Assembly: GCA_041640575.1 (NCBI GenBank)
Contig: JBEPZZ010000004.1
Span: 5,392-69,391, forward strand
Direction: 5' to 3'
DNA from: Pseudothermotoga sp.
GTDB taxonomy: Bacteria > Thermotogota > Thermotogae > Thermotogales > DSM-5069
DNA: 64,000 nucleotides
How positions within the stretch are numbered: position 1 is the first letter of the stretch; every line of letters starts with the position of its first letter. Below, piece after piece: positions 1 to 12,232 of this stretch. Made by a program: the position numbers and the translations under genes. Under the pieces are notes generated by a model. It was given only the letters and a program-made list of their open reading frames with translations. It had not been told where the DNA came from and ran no database searches.

Positions 1-849
1 CGTATGTTGACCGGGTGTTGTTTCAATCTGCAAAGGAGTCAAACCAATGAAAACACCATCCAGGAAGACCTGTGCTTCACTTGGAGTTGATTTGATATCT
101 AGCATTGTTCTTACAAGTCTTCCTGTCACTGTTATGGTCCTACCGGCAACAACCGTAAAAGCTTCGTAAACTACCTGACCGTCAAAATAAAAAGTAGCAA
201 AATGTTGACCTTCATCCAGAGTCACTGTTTGTGGAGTTCTACCTATGTACCTTCCATCAACGTAGACATGTGCACCAGTCGGTACAGATTGCAGATTAAC
301 AGTCCCAGTTCTTGGCGCTCTGCCCACGTAGAAATAGGTTATATCCGTCGACCATTCACCAGTGAGATATGGAATCAACTGCTGTGAAACATATTTCTCA
401 GCGTCTTCAGTGAGGATGGGGAATTGTTGTTGCGTCCCAAGTTCTTTGAGCTGTTGAAGCAAAGGTATAATCCCAGTGCTTGCTATTATTTGTATGAACT
501 CTTTACCTTCTGGAGGACTAACTTTAAAAGAGTACTTGGTGGAAATTGGAATCTTGTAGTTTACATTTGGTGCTATGTAGTTATTTGTATCGTATTTGTT
601 TGGAAAGAGAAGGGTGATTTTCCCGTCAGTTCTGATGTTGTAAATTGCAACGTAGCAACTTTTGTTTGCTCTAAAGAATATCTCAATATTCTCGCCAGGC
701 TGATAAACAGAACCCTCCGGTTTGTTCAGCCATATTTTTACCTCAAGTCCTGAAGGCTGTGGAACAATTATGATGTTTCGTAGGTTCATCTCCGCAAAAA
801 CAAAAGCGGCAACAATTACCAAAAGCAGCAGAACAACATTTCTCTTCAT
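1..849 (-). CDS. Secreted DUF4384 + PEGA domain protein (3'-truncated by window edge)
   Basis: Read manually; absent from the ORF track because it runs off the edge. ATG at 849 after GGGGG RBS; signal peptide MKRNVVLLLLVIVAAFVFA; DUF4384-like LEVKIWLNKPEGSVYQPGENIEIFFRANKSCYV; PEGA-like repeats VNLQSVPTGAHVYVDGRYIGRTP and LDIKSTPSEAQVFLDGVFIGLTP. Confidence 0.75.
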   Translation of the reverse strand, partial: MKRNVVLLLLVIVAAFVFAEMNLRNIIIVPQPSGLEVKIWLNKPEGSVYQPGENIEIFFRANKSCYVAIYNIRTDGKITLLFPNKYDTNNYIAPNVNYKIPISTKYSFKVSPPEGKEFIQIIASTGIIPLLQQLKELGTQQQFPILTEDAEKYVSQQLIPYLTGEWSTDITYFYVGRAPRTGTVNLQSVPTGAHVYVDGRYIGRTPQTVTLDEGQHFATFYFDGQVVYEAFTVVAGRTITVTGRLVRTMLDIKSTPSEAQVFLDGVFIGLTPLQIETTPGQHT

Positions 850-865
850 TCAAATCCCCCCTTGA

Positions 866-1540
866 TTAAGGAATTAAAACTAAAGCATCAACAACTTCAT
901 CGTCCTTAATTTTGAAGAAAACATAGCCCTTATGCTCGAAAAGAATTTTTCCTTTCAAAGCGCTTATATCAATATTATTCCAGTCATCTTTGAATTGCAC
1001 CTTTGTAACCTTGTACAAGCGGTTAGTCCCCGAAATTGGTATTTTTTCAAGTTCGATAAAAGCATAGTTAAAAAAGGAAACTTTTGTCGACGTGCCTTCC
1101 CCAATGTATAAGCTCCATGTGAGACCAATTGGATCATCCGGATCAAGATACATTGTCAGTTTCGGCACAGGCGGATTGCTTAAATCCACAAGCTTATTCG
1201 TAATTGCAGTAATGATGCTGCTTACACTTTGACTCTCATAATTTCCAACATATTCCCAGTTGACGTAAACATTTTTATCAGCTGGCGTAACCGAAAATTC
1301 ATAATCATCAAAGCCAGTTGGTGGATTGTTAAAGTCATACCACAAGAAAATAACTCTGTTATTGTAGTTTGGATAATTTGCATTCGCAATTTGCTTCATA
1401 GCATCGGTCATATCATTTGCTACAATTTCAACAACATTAGTCCAAGTTGCTAGTTTTCTTACAAACAGAGGTGCACAGGAGGCCAAGAATACTATTAAAA
1501 CTAAACTTAAGAAGGTGGCCAAAAACCACTTACCCTTCAT
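866..1540 (-). CDS. Hypothetical lipoprotein
   Basis: Likely start ATG 1540 (MKGKWFL) after GGGGTGA RBS; hydrophobic stretch ending in lipobox LASC; no recognisable family. Confidence 0.6.
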   Translation of the reverse strand: MKGKWFLATFLSLVLIVFLASCAPLFVRKLATWTNVVEIVANDMTDAMKQIANANYPNYNNRVIFLWYDFNNPPTGFDDYEFSVTPADKNVYVNWEYVGNYESQSVSSIITAITNKLVDLSNPPVPKLTMYLDPDDPIGLTWSLYIGEGTSTKVSFFNYAFIELEKIPISGTNRLYKVTKVQFKDDWNNIDISALKGKILFEHKGYVFFKIKDDEVVDALVLIP

Positions 1541-1588
1541 ACCATCACCCCATTCTAGATGTGGCTGGCCATCGCCAGCCACCTAGAA

Positions 1589-2953
1589 CTACCTATACGT
1601 AAAGCTATAAATCATCTTCGCACCCTTTCGATAAACAAAAATCGCGACAAAATCTCCTTGCTTGATTCTTTCCACCACGTTGTTCCAGTCCTTAACTGAG
1701 TTAATTTGATGAGTTCTTCCGCTCACGGCAATCTGATAGATTACATCTCCAACTTGAATCTGTGAAGTTCTCTTCACCTGTCTAACAATAACACCATTGA
1801 TCGAAGCTGGAATTTGGTAATTTTCTCTGTCTGCGTTAGTTATTTCATCAACAACCAAACCCGCGAATTCGCTCGCCTGATATGTTGATGAAGGTGTTTC
1901 GTCCGCTGAGCTACCGAGAGTAACCCTAAACGTGATTTCTTTCCCAGAACGGTTGACTACAATCGTTACTATGTCACCTGGGGCGTGGTTTCTTATCAAG
2001 CTTACAAGCTCTGAATTTGAAGTTACAGACACGCCATCAAACTTGATCACGACGTCATTTTCTTGAAGTCCTGCCTTCTGTGCTGGTGAATTTTCCAAGA
2101 CTTGAACAATTAGCACTCCTTTGTCAACCTTCAAACCTAAGGCTTTCGCAAGATCTGGCGTGACTGTTTCAACTCTAACCCCAAGATATGCCTTCTGAAC
2201 TCTACCTTTTGTAATCAACTGATCTATGAACCTCTTTACTGTGTTTATGGGTATTGCAAAACCAAGGTTGATTCCCTGTTCTGGATTCACAATGGCTGTG
2301 TTAATTCCTATAACCTGTCCATGAATATTCAACAAAGGCCCTCCGCTGTTCCCAGGGTTAATAGCAGCGTCAGTTTGAATTAGGTTTGTGTAATAACCTG
2401 AACCACTCGGTTTTGGAATCTTTCTACCAGTAGCGCTTATAACACCTATCGTGACAGTGTGCTGAAACCCAAGCGGATTTCCAATTGCAATTGCCCATTC
2501 ACCTATTTTGACTGCATCCGAGTCCCCAAATTCCAAGGTTGGCAAATCCTTCTTAGCATTTATCACCAAAACGGCAATGTCAAGCTCTTCATCTCCGCCA
2601 ATGTATTCTGCCTTGTAAGTTGTGCCATCTAGCAGTGTAACAGTTATTTCTTTTGCACCACTCACCACATGCTCATTGGTAAGAATGTAACCATCTTTGC
2701 TGAAAATGAAACCCGAACCAAGGCTTGTAGCCTGCTGACCACCAAATGGTGAATATCCAAACCATCTTTTGAAAAATTCTTCCATCAAAGGGTCATACAA
2801 CGGTGAGGTCAACTGTTTTACCGCTTCGATTTTGACAACAGCCGGTGCTGCATACTCAACTACCGCAACAACTGGGCTTTGATAATCTGGATTTACCAGA
2901 GCAAAAGCACTCAGGCTCAAAACCAATGTTATTAGAACAATCACTTTTTTCAT
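1589..2953 (-). CDS. htrA: HtrA/DegP-family serine protease (trypsin domain + 2 PDZ)
   Basis: Triad motifs LTNEHVV, DIAVL, TDAAINPGNSGGPL; signal peptide; two PDZ-like C-terminal domains. Confidence 0.93.
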   Translation of the reverse strand: MKKVIVLITLVLSLSAFALVNPDYQSPVVAVVEYAAPAVVKIEAVKQLTSPLYDPLMEEFFKRWFGYSPFGGQQATSLGSGFIFSKDGYILTNEHVVSGAKEITVTLLDGTTYKAEYIGGDEELDIAVLVINAKKDLPTLEFGDSDAVKIGEWAIAIGNPLGFQHTVTIGVISATGRKIPKPSGSGYYTNLIQTDAAINPGNSGGPLLNIHGQVIGINTAIVNPEQGINLGFAIPINTVKRFIDQLITKGRVQKAYLGVRVETVTPDLAKALGLKVDKGVLIVQVLENSPAQKAGLQENDVVIKFDGVSVTSNSELVSLIRNHAPGDIVTIVVNRSGKEITFRVTLGSSADETPSSTYQASEFAGLVVDEITNADRENYQIPASINGVIVRQVKRTSQIQVGDVIYQIAVSGRTHQINSVKDWNNVVERIKQGDFVAIFVYRKGAKMIYSFTYR

Positions 2954-3910
2954 GTGAACACCTCCCTTGTTGAATCTCCAGGTGATTTGACAACATCATC
3001 TTTACAGCTGTTCATTAAAAGTTCATTAAAAAAGGTGTGAACCATCTCATGCATTTCCTGGACAGATGCTGTTTTCATAAACCTTTCTCTAAGAATTCTT
3101 GCACCATGCATTCCATAGGTATAACCAGCTACAAATTGTCTCATTTTATAAGCACTCTTTTCACCTTCCAGATCTGTTTGCATTTTGAGATGCAGTAAGA
3201 ACATTTCTTTGATTTCTTCAACACTTGGTTTAATGCCTTTCAGTTGTGCAAAAATCCAAGGCTTTCTCAAAGCTCCTCGAGCCACCAAAACCGCGCAAGC
3301 TTCGGAAATCATCAACGCCTTTTCGAAGTCTTCTGGCTCATATATATCTCCACTTATAGCTGTTGCAATGGGATACTGCGACAATTTCAAATCCCAAGCA
3401 GCTCTTCCAGTGTAACCTTGAATAACAGTTCTTCCATGAACTTCCACACCACTTGCACCAGCTTCTATACAAGCTTTCATAATCTTTTCAAACTCATTCT
3501 TCTCAAAACCAATTCTAACCTTGACAGTAACATGCTTTTGAACAGTATCTTTAATTAGGAATATTATGTCTCTCAACCTTTCAAGATCCTTAAGTAATGC
3601 ACCACCAGAACCTCTTTTCAAAACTTTTTTCACAGGGCAAGCTGCATTGATATTTATCCATGCAGCAAAGGGCTCAACAATCTTTGCTGCTTCAGCCATT
3701 GTTTTTGGGTGATTTCCGAAAAGTTGCACTGCAACGTTCTTTTCCGAAGGATCTGGCAACATTTTATTGACTATCTTAAAGTTTCTCAAAGCACTTTCGG
3801 CACTGATCATTTCCGTATATGAAAACTCAGCTCCCCAAAGAAAACAGATCTTTCTGAATGCTCTATTCGTGATACCAGCCATTGGCGAAAGCCCAACTTT
3901 TCCAGGGTAC

Positions 3911-3933
<23 letters not shown>
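2950..3933 (-). CDS. dusB: tRNA-dihydrouridine synthase (Dus family)
   Basis: LSPMAGITN, YTEMISA, VQLFG, NAACPVKKV, GGALL, KVRIG, VHGRT motifs. Confidence 0.88.
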
Positions 3934-5822
<1,889 letters not shown>

Positions 5823-5982
5823 CTACTACTTAGTTTGTTAACAACATAGCGTTCATCCTCAAAAATTGATGAATGATGTAGATATTTAAAAAAACAAAAA
5901 GCAACAGTGAGAAATAACGAGAATATCTACTAGAAATGGCAATCTGTCACTTTATATTTGGACTTTTACGCCATAGTATAGT

Positions 5983-6041
5983 TTGATATTTCTATGAACA
6001 AAATTGTATTATAAGTGTGAACTTTTTGAGAAAACGCTTGA
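5983..6041 (+). promoter_or_regulatory. Candidate sigma70 promoter and LacI-type operator-like site for the sugar cluster
   Basis: TTGATA (5983-5988), 18 nt spacer, TATTAT (6007-6012); GAAAACGCTTGA (6030-6041) resembles the LacI-family AAnCG|nTT core. Confidence 0.3.
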
Positions 6042-6068
6042 CCACCTTTTAGAAACGGGGGAATGTAG

Positions 6069-7058
6069 TTGTCATCTTTAAAAGATTTGGCAAAATTGAC
6101 CAACACCTCTATTTCCACGGTATCAAAGGTGCTTAATGGTAAAGGGCGAGTCAGCGAAAAGAAACGCAGAGAAATTCTAGAAGCTGCGAAGAAGCTTGGA
6201 TATACACCAAACTATCATGCCAGATCAATTGCAACCAAGAGACGAGTTCTAACAATTGGTCTGATAGTGCCAGATATAGTCAACCCATTTTTTGCAATGC
6301 TAACGCGTGGTGTACAGAAAATGTGTGGTGAGGATATTCTTGTGATCCTGATGGATTCTTTTAGAGATTTGGAAAGAGAAGAAAAACTGATCAAGAAAGC
6401 AAGATTTCAGGGTGCAGAAGGCTTAATAATAGGCAATTCACGTGTCAACGATGAACTTATAAAAGAAATTTCACAATACATACCAGTTGTTGTTTTTGAT
6501 AAAGAATACGATTATGAAAACGTGGTATCTGTTGTGTTAGACAACTATTACGGTGCTTATCTTGCGACAAAACATCTGATTGAAGTTGGATGTAAGAAAA
6601 TCGTCCACCTTGGTGGTACGCATGAACTGTACGTCTCTATAAAGAGAATGGAAGGATACGAAGCTGCAATGAGAGAAGCTGGTTTGCAATCAAAGGTATA
6701 CCCAGTTGGTTACGATGAGAAAAAAGGTTATGAACAGATGAAAAAACTTCTCAGTAGAGGGGAACAAATAGATGGGCTCTTTTGCATGAATGACCTTGTG
6801 GCAATTGGTGCAATCCGAGCGATAAAAGAAAAAGGTTTGAGGATACCTGACGATATAGCTGTTATAGGTTTCGACGATGATCAAGAACTATGCGAGATTC
6901 TTTCGCCATCCTTGTCGTCAGTGCACCAACCCGTGGTTGAAATGGGTGAAGTAGCTGCTCGACTTCTATTTGAACTGATAAGAAAAGAAATAAAGATAAA
7001 ACGATACATCTTCACTCCAAGGCTTGTCATCAGAGAGTCAAGCCTAAGAAAAAGGTGA
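6069..7058 (+). CDS. LacI-family transcriptional regulator
   Basis: N-terminal HTH SLKDLAKLTNTSISTVSKVLN, YTPNYHARS hinge, IPDDIAVIGFDD, LSSVHQP. Confidence 0.93.
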   Translation: MSSLKDLAKLTNTSISTVSKVLNGKGRVSEKKRREILEAAKKLGYTPNYHARSIATKRRVLTIGLIVPDIVNPFFAMLTRGVQKMCGEDILVILMDSFRDLEREEKLIKKARFQGAEGLIIGNSRVNDELIKEISQYIPVVVFDKEYDYENVVSVVLDNYYGAYLATKHLIEVGCKKIVHLGGTHELYVSIKRMEGYEAAMREAGLQSKVYPVGYDEKKGYEQMKKLLSRGEQIDGLFCMNDLVAIGAIRAIKEKGLRIPDDIAVIGFDDDQELCEILSPSLSSVHQPVVEMGEVAARLLFELIRKEIKIKRYIFTPRLVIRESSLRKR

Positions 7059-7063
7059 TCAAC

Positions 7064-7693
7064 ATGAAAAAAGTTCTCGTCGTTGGTGCTCACAGTGATG
7101 ATCCAATCATCGGTGCAGGTGGGACAATAAAGGAACTTGCTAAGCTTGGCCATCAAATTGTAGTTGTCAGTGTTTGTGGCGATAGAATTGACGGTTATGT
7201 GGACGCGATAAGATTCCTCGGTGCTGAACCAGTCTATTTTGAATTTTCGTACGGAAAGATTTGTGAAGAAGACTTAGCTCGATTGCTAGAGGATCTCTTC
7301 AAGAAGGTCAATCCGACTTTTGTTTTCACCCACTGGGAGAAAGAAATCCTTTACGACCATGGTTTAGTATCTGAAAAGGTCCTTAAACTTACCAGACTCT
7401 ATGAAAAGGAGCTTTTCTACTTTGAAATACCAGCCTCTTCTTTGGATTTTACTTTCGATCTTGCCGTTGATATAACCAATTCATACACATATAAGAAGCA
7501 AGCAATAGAGATGATGAGAAAAGCTTTTGATGAAAGAGTTTTTGTTGAAGAGATTTATCCATCGATAATCTACCCGTCTGGTTTCAGAGGAATACAAGTT
7601 GGCTGCAATTTTGCTGAGGTTTTCAAGCATGCCGGATCCAGATTCCCGTTATCACCATTTCGAAGAAAACTTGTGGATCCGGTAGATCTCTAA
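7064..7693 (+). CDS. PIG-L/LmbE-family N-acetyl-sugar deacetylase
   Basis: VLVVGAHSDD metal motif, VFTHW...YDH motif; ATG 7064 after AGGTGA. Confidence 0.8.
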   Translation: MKKVLVVGAHSDDPIIGAGGTIKELAKLGHQIVVVSVCGDRIDGYVDAIRFLGAEPVYFEFSYGKICEEDLARLLEDLFKKVNPTFVFTHWEKEILYDHGLVSEKVLKLTRLYEKELFYFEIPASSLDFTFDLAVDITNSYTYKKQAIEMMRKAFDERVFVEEIYPSIIYPSGFRGIQVGCNFAEVFKHAGSRFPLSPFRRKLVDPVDL

Positions 7694-7709
7694 TCCGGAG
7701 GTGACAAAA

Positions 7710-8744
7710 ATGAAAAAAGTTAAACTCGCAATAATTGGGGCGGGAAAAATAGCAGAGGTTTTGCACATACCAAATGCTTTGATATCTGAATTTGCTGAAC
7801 TCATTGCGATTTCAGAGAAAAATCAAGACAGGCTTGAATACATCAAAAGAAAATTTGATGACGGTAAAATTCATTTCTACACAGACTATCTGGATCTTTT
7901 GAAAAGCGAGAACATCGATGCAGTCATTGTTACTGTTCCAAATTTCCTGCACGCAAAGGTTAGCATAGATTCCTTGAAAAGTGGTAAGCACGTTTTGGTT
8001 GAGAAACCAATGGCAACAACATCGAAAGAGGCAGTGGAAATGATTGAAGCAGCAAAACAAAATGCAAAAATTCTGATGGTGAACCAATCTCAGAGATTTT
8101 TCCCACACCACCAAAAAGCGAAGGAAATTATTGATTCAGGGCTGATTGGTAACATTCGACTTGTGAAAACCATGTTTGGACATTCTGGGCCCGAGAATTG
8201 GTCTCCCAACGCTTCTTGGTTCTTTCAGAAAGAAACTGCTATGTTTGGAGCACTGGGAGATCTAGGCGTTCACAAAGTCGACTTGATAAGATTTCTAACA
8301 AATCTTGAAATCGTTGAATGCGCTGCGTTTTTGGGAACACTCGAAAAACAAGCTTCTGTTGAAGATATTGCTAGCGCTATACTTAAGTTATCTAATGGCG
8401 CATTTGCTACCTTGGATGCAAACTGGATTACAAAGGGGCTTGAGGAAAACTATATTGCAATTTATGGAGAAAAAGGTACGTTGAAGATAGGACAAACCGA
8501 TCCAACGAAAATAGACATATACTTGTCAAAGCCTGTAACCTTCCATGGCGAAATCGTCGTGAAACCACTTTTCACAAATGAGGATCCTTACTGGAAAATG
8601 CCCATTGTTGATCATTTTGCAAAGGTTTGTTTGGGACTTGAAGAACCAGTAGTTAAAGCTGAAGATGGCTATGTAGCAATCAAAATAGTGGAGAAGCTTT
8701 TTGAATCTTTCGTTAAAAAGGAGTTTGTTGTAGTAAATGAGTGA
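7710..8744 (+). CDS. Gfo/Idh/MocA-family NAD(P)-dependent sugar oxidoreductase
   Basis: IIGAGKIA, TVPNFLH, GKHVLVEKPM, GALGDLGVHKVD. Confidence 0.9.
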   Translation: MKKVKLAIIGAGKIAEVLHIPNALISEFAELIAISEKNQDRLEYIKRKFDDGKIHFYTDYLDLLKSENIDAVIVTVPNFLHAKVSIDSLKSGKHVLVEKPMATTSKEAVEMIEAAKQNAKILMVNQSQRFFPHHQKAKEIIDSGLIGNIRLVKTMFGHSGPENWSPNASWFFQKETAMFGALGDLGVHKVDLIRFLTNLEIVECAAFLGTLEKQASVEDIASAILKLSNGAFATLDANWITKGLEENYIAIYGEKGTLKIGQTDPTKIDIYLSKPVTFHGEIVVKPLFTNEDPYWKMPIVDHFAKVCLGLEEPVVKAEDGYVAIKIVEKLFESFVKKEFVVVNE

Positions 8745-10245
8745 CAAAGTTGTTCTGACCGCAAGAGGAATATGCATGGATTTTTCTGGGGTAAGAGTTT
8801 TACACAATGTTGATGCTGAATTCAAAGCCGGGAAAATCTACGGCATAATTGGTGAAAACGGTGCCGGAAAGTCTACTTTGATGAGGATACTGTCTGGTTT
8901 TCTGCAACCTGTAGAAGGTGAAATACACATAGATGGTCAAAAAGTAGTCTTAAATCCTCTAAAAGCGAAAGAACTTGGGATAATCATTGTGCCTCAAGAA
9001 CTCAATTTGGTTGAAAGTTTGAGAGTCTACGAAAACATATTCCTTGGTGACGAGGAAACCTCAGCAGGGCTCTTGAAGAAACGCTCGATGATAGAAAAGG
9101 CCGGACAGATAATCAGACAACTTGGTTTAGATGTTGACCCAAAAAATTTTGTTGAGCAATTATCTCCCGCACAGAAACAAATGGTTGAGATCGCTAAAGC
9201 CGTTTCCAAAAAGGTGCGAGTGCTCATAATGGATGAACCTACGTCATCCTTGAGTGAAGAAGAAGTCTCGAAGTTGTTCGAAATTGTCAGAAACATGAAA
9301 AAGGCAGGAACAACTGTTGTTTTCGTATCCCATAGGTTGAAAGAGATAAAAACTATCACTGATCATTTAATTGTTTTGAGGGATGGTAGGAAAGTTTACG
9401 ATGGTGAACTAGGAGATCTCACAGAGCGAGAAATGGCTGAGCTTATGATAGGTAGAAAACTCAGTGACATGTATCCGCAGAAAAAAGCACAAGTCGATGA
9501 ATATGTCCTGCAGGTCAAAGATCTAACTACCGAAGATGAAAAAGTAGTGCAAGTCTCCTTCGATCTTAAAAGAGGAGAAATACTAGGATTCTACGGGCTA
9601 GTTGGCTCAGGCAGAACTGAGTTGATGCAGGCACTTATAGGTGTTAGGAAAATCAAAACTGGAGAAATTTTACTTGAGGGGAAAAAAGTTGAGCTGAAAT
9701 CGCCAAAGCAAGCTAAAGACCTTGGTATTGTTTATCTACCAGAAGACAGGAAAAGTGGTGGAATTATAGCGGAAATGGAAACTTTCAAGAACTCGACTAT
9801 TATGACTCTTAACAAAATTTCAAGGTTCTTCACAAATTTGAGGAAAGAAATGGATGTTTTTCAAAAATACGTCAAGAACTTTGACATAAAGATTCGTCAT
9901 CCATCACAACCCATTAAAACCCTCAGCGGTGGGAATCAACAAAAGGTTGTCATATCGAAACTTGTTGAGACTGGTGCAAAGATTTTTATCTTTGACGAAC
10001 CAACACGGGGTGTAGATGTAAACACCAAAAGGCAAATTTACCAGATAATCCACAGCATGGTCGAGGAATTCAATGTTAGTTTCATAGTCGTATCCTCAGA
10101 ACTCCCGGAAATCATAGGTCTTTGCAACAGAGTAATTGTTATGAGATGCGGTCGCGCCATTGGAACTTTGGATAAGGAAGAAATCAACGAAAAGAACTTG
10201 ATTTACCTTGCTACAGGTGTAAAAGGAGGTGACCAAGATAAATAG
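8737..10245 (+). CDS. Monosaccharide (CUT2) ABC transporter ATP-binding protein, RbsA/MglA-like
   Basis: Two NBDs; GENGAGKST, DEPTSSL, LSGGNQQKV, DEPTRGVD. Confidence 0.93.
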   Translation: MSDKVVLTARGICMDFSGVRVLHNVDAEFKAGKIYGIIGENGAGKSTLMRILSGFLQPVEGEIHIDGQKVVLNPLKAKELGIIIVPQELNLVESLRVYENIFLGDEETSAGLLKKRSMIEKAGQIIRQLGLDVDPKNFVEQLSPAQKQMVEIAKAVSKKVRVLIMDEPTSSLSEEEVSKLFEIVRNMKKAGTTVVFVSHRLKEIKTITDHLIVLRDGRKVYDGELGDLTEREMAELMIGRKLSDMYPQKKAQVDEYVLQVKDLTTEDEKVVQVSFDLKRGEILGFYGLVGSGRTELMQALIGVRKIKTGEILLEGKKVELKSPKQAKDLGIVYLPEDRKSGGIIAEMETFKNSTIMTLNKISRFFTNLRKEMDVFQKYVKNFDIKIRHPSQPIKTLSGGNQQKVVISKLVETGAKIFIFDEPTRGVDVNTKRQIYQIIHSMVEEFNVSFIVVSSELPEIIGLCNRVIVMRCGRAIGTLDKEEINEKNLIYLATGVKGGDQDK

Positions 10246-11188
10246 CCACACACTGAAGTTTAACTTTTCGAAGTACGGTATTGTATTAGCTCTTGCTGCC
10301 TTGGTTACAATTTCTGGGATCTTAAGCCCGGCATTTTTGAAACCAAGGAACATTTTAAATATTTTCTGGCAAACTTCGTACGTTGGAATTATAGCCATCG
10401 GCATGACCTTTGTAATGATAGCTGGAGGGATAGATCTTTCAGTAGGTTCAATGCTAGCCTTCGTGGGTTCTTTTGCCATTCAGATGGTGAACAAATTTGG
10501 CCAGGGTTCGAACGCGACCTTTATTGCAATTCTTCTGGCATATGGTTTAGCTGCATTGCTTGGATTGGGTACAGGCTTGTTGATAACAAAAACAAAGATT
10601 CCCGCTTTTGTAGCTACTCTTGGTGGTATGGCAATCTACAGATCATTGACTTTAAACTTCGCAAAAGGCGGCGTTTATATGACCTTTTCGAGGCAATACT
10701 CGAAAATAGGAATGATGTCCATAGCGGAAGTACCATTGACAATGATAATTTTCATAGCATACGCAATAATTGCACACATCCTTCTGGACAAAACCAAGTT
10801 CGGTAGATATGTTTATGCAGTAGGTGCAAACGAAACTGCTGCTGTTTATTCTGCAATAAATGTCAATCTTATTCGAACACTTACCTACGTTATAAGTGGG
10901 ATTTCTGTAGCTACTTCGGCAATATTGTTGTCATCAATGATGGCATCGGTGAGTTCAACTTCAACTGGAAGTGGTTTCGAACTCGATGCAATTGCTGCGG
11001 TAGTTATTGGAGGGACGAGCCTAAGTGGGGGAAAGGGCAGTGTACTCGGTACTTTCTTTGGAGCATTGATTTTGGGAGTCATAAACAACATGCTTGTTAT
11101 GCTTAACGTTGCTGTTTATTTGCAAGGAGCAGTTAAAGGCTTGATCATAATCGCTGCTGTAATTCTTCAAAATCTGAGAAGAGCATGA
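10229..11188 (+). CDS. Monosaccharide ABC transporter permease, RbsC-like
   Basis: [39 protein letters not shown]. Confidence 0.93.
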   Translation: MTKINSHTLKFNFSKYGIVLALAALVTISGILSPAFLKPRNILNIFWQTSYVGIIAIGMTFVMIAGGIDLSVGSMLAFVGSFAIQMVNKFGQGSNATFIAILLAYGLAALLGLGTGLLITKTKIPAFVATLGGMAIYRSLTLNFAKGGVYMTFSRQYSKIGMMSIAEVPLTMIIFIAYAIIAHILLDKTKFGRYVYAVGANETAAVYSAINVNLIRTLTYVISGISVATSAILLSSMMASVSSTSTGSGFELDAIAAVVIGGTSLSGGKGSVLGTFFGALILGVINNMLVMLNVAVYLQGAVKGLIIIAAVILQNLRRA

Positions 11189-11233
11189 ACACAATCTCCC
11201 CGTATGGGGGTTAATATGAGGAGGTGTTATCTT

Positions 11234-12184
11234 ATGAAGAGGTTGTTAGTGCTAATCATGCTAGCAACAGTTATCTTCAGTTTTGCGGCTCAGAAAATCA
11301 GAATAGGCGTCGCAATTCCAGCAGCTACACATGGTTGGACCGGTGGGATGGTTTGGTGGGCACAGTATGCAATTAACCAGTACAAGAACGATCCAAACGT
11401 TGAGTTTACGCTTGTGACAGCAAGGGAACCAAGTGAACAGATTGCGCAAGTACAGGCTCTAATGGCTAAAGGTATTGATGCCTTGGTCATTAATCCTTTT
11501 GAATCTGCACCACTGACACCAATTTGCGTTGAAGCATTCAGAAAAGGCATATTCACAGTAATTGTCGACAGAGGAATTTTGTCTGAAGAGTACAACGTTT
11601 ACATCGCCGGCGACAATTACATGTATGGTTATCTTGCTGGCAAACACATCGCCGAGAAGCTTCGTGGCAAAGGCAATGTTGTTATAATCGAAGGTATACC
11701 CTCCCCAATCAACGAAGAAAGGGTTAAAGCGTTTAAGGACGCCATTGCACCATATCCAGATATAAAGATTCTTGCTCAGCAGCCAGGATACTGGAACAGA
11801 GAAAAAGCTTTTGAAGTTATGCAAACATTGTTAACTAAATTCCCGAAGATTGATGCTGTATGGACCGGCGACGATGACATGCTATATGGTGTCCTTTTAG
11901 CTCTTCAACAAGCTGGAAGAGCTAAAGATATAGTCCTTGTTGGCGGTGCCTGTGAAAAGAACATGGTTAAAAGAATTATGGATGGAGACCCATTAATTGA
12001 GGTTAACTTTACATACCCACCTAACATGATAGCTACTGCCGTTAACTTGGCTGTGATGGCTCTTCGTGGGGAAACGCTGAATGGTTTTTATCAGAGAGGT
12101 ATTCCAAGAAAAATCATACTCGCGACAGAAAAAGTTACGAGAGAAAACGCCCACCTCTACTACTTCCCGGATTCGGTGTTCTGA
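11234..12184 (+). CDS. Monosaccharide ABC transporter substrate-binding protein, RbsB-like
   Basis: Signal peptide MKRLLVLIMLATVIFSFA; IAGDNYMYG, DDDMLYG; ATG 11234 after GGAGGTG. Confidence 0.88.
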   Translation: MKRLLVLIMLATVIFSFAAQKIRIGVAIPAATHGWTGGMVWWAQYAINQYKNDPNVEFTLVTAREPSEQIAQVQALMAKGIDALVINPFESAPLTPICVEAFRKGIFTVIVDRGILSEEYNVYIAGDNYMYGYLAGKHIAEKLRGKGNVVIIEGIPSPINEERVKAFKDAIAPYPDIKILAQQPGYWNREKAFEVMQTLLTKFPKIDAVWTGDDDMLYGVLLALQQAGRAKDIVLVGGACEKNMVKRIMDGDPLIEVNFTYPPNMIATAVNLAVMALRGETLNGFYQRGIPRKIILATEKVTRENAHLYYFPDSVF

Positions 12185-12191
12185 TCTTCAA

Positions 12192-12220
12192 AAAGGCAGG
12201 GGGTAAATCCCCCTGCCTTT
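12192..12220. terminator. 12-bp perfect hairpin after the SBP gene (mRNA stabiliser or attenuator)
   Basis: AAAGGCAGGGGG-TAAAT-CCCCCTGCCTTT; only a short U-tract, directly followed by the RBS of the next gene. Confidence 0.6.
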
Positions 12221-12232
12221 GGGGGTGAAAGT

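Noticed and set aside
202-753. Plus-strand ORFs 202-387 and 424-753
   Set aside because: Antisense shadows of the DUF4384/PEGA gene on the minus strand
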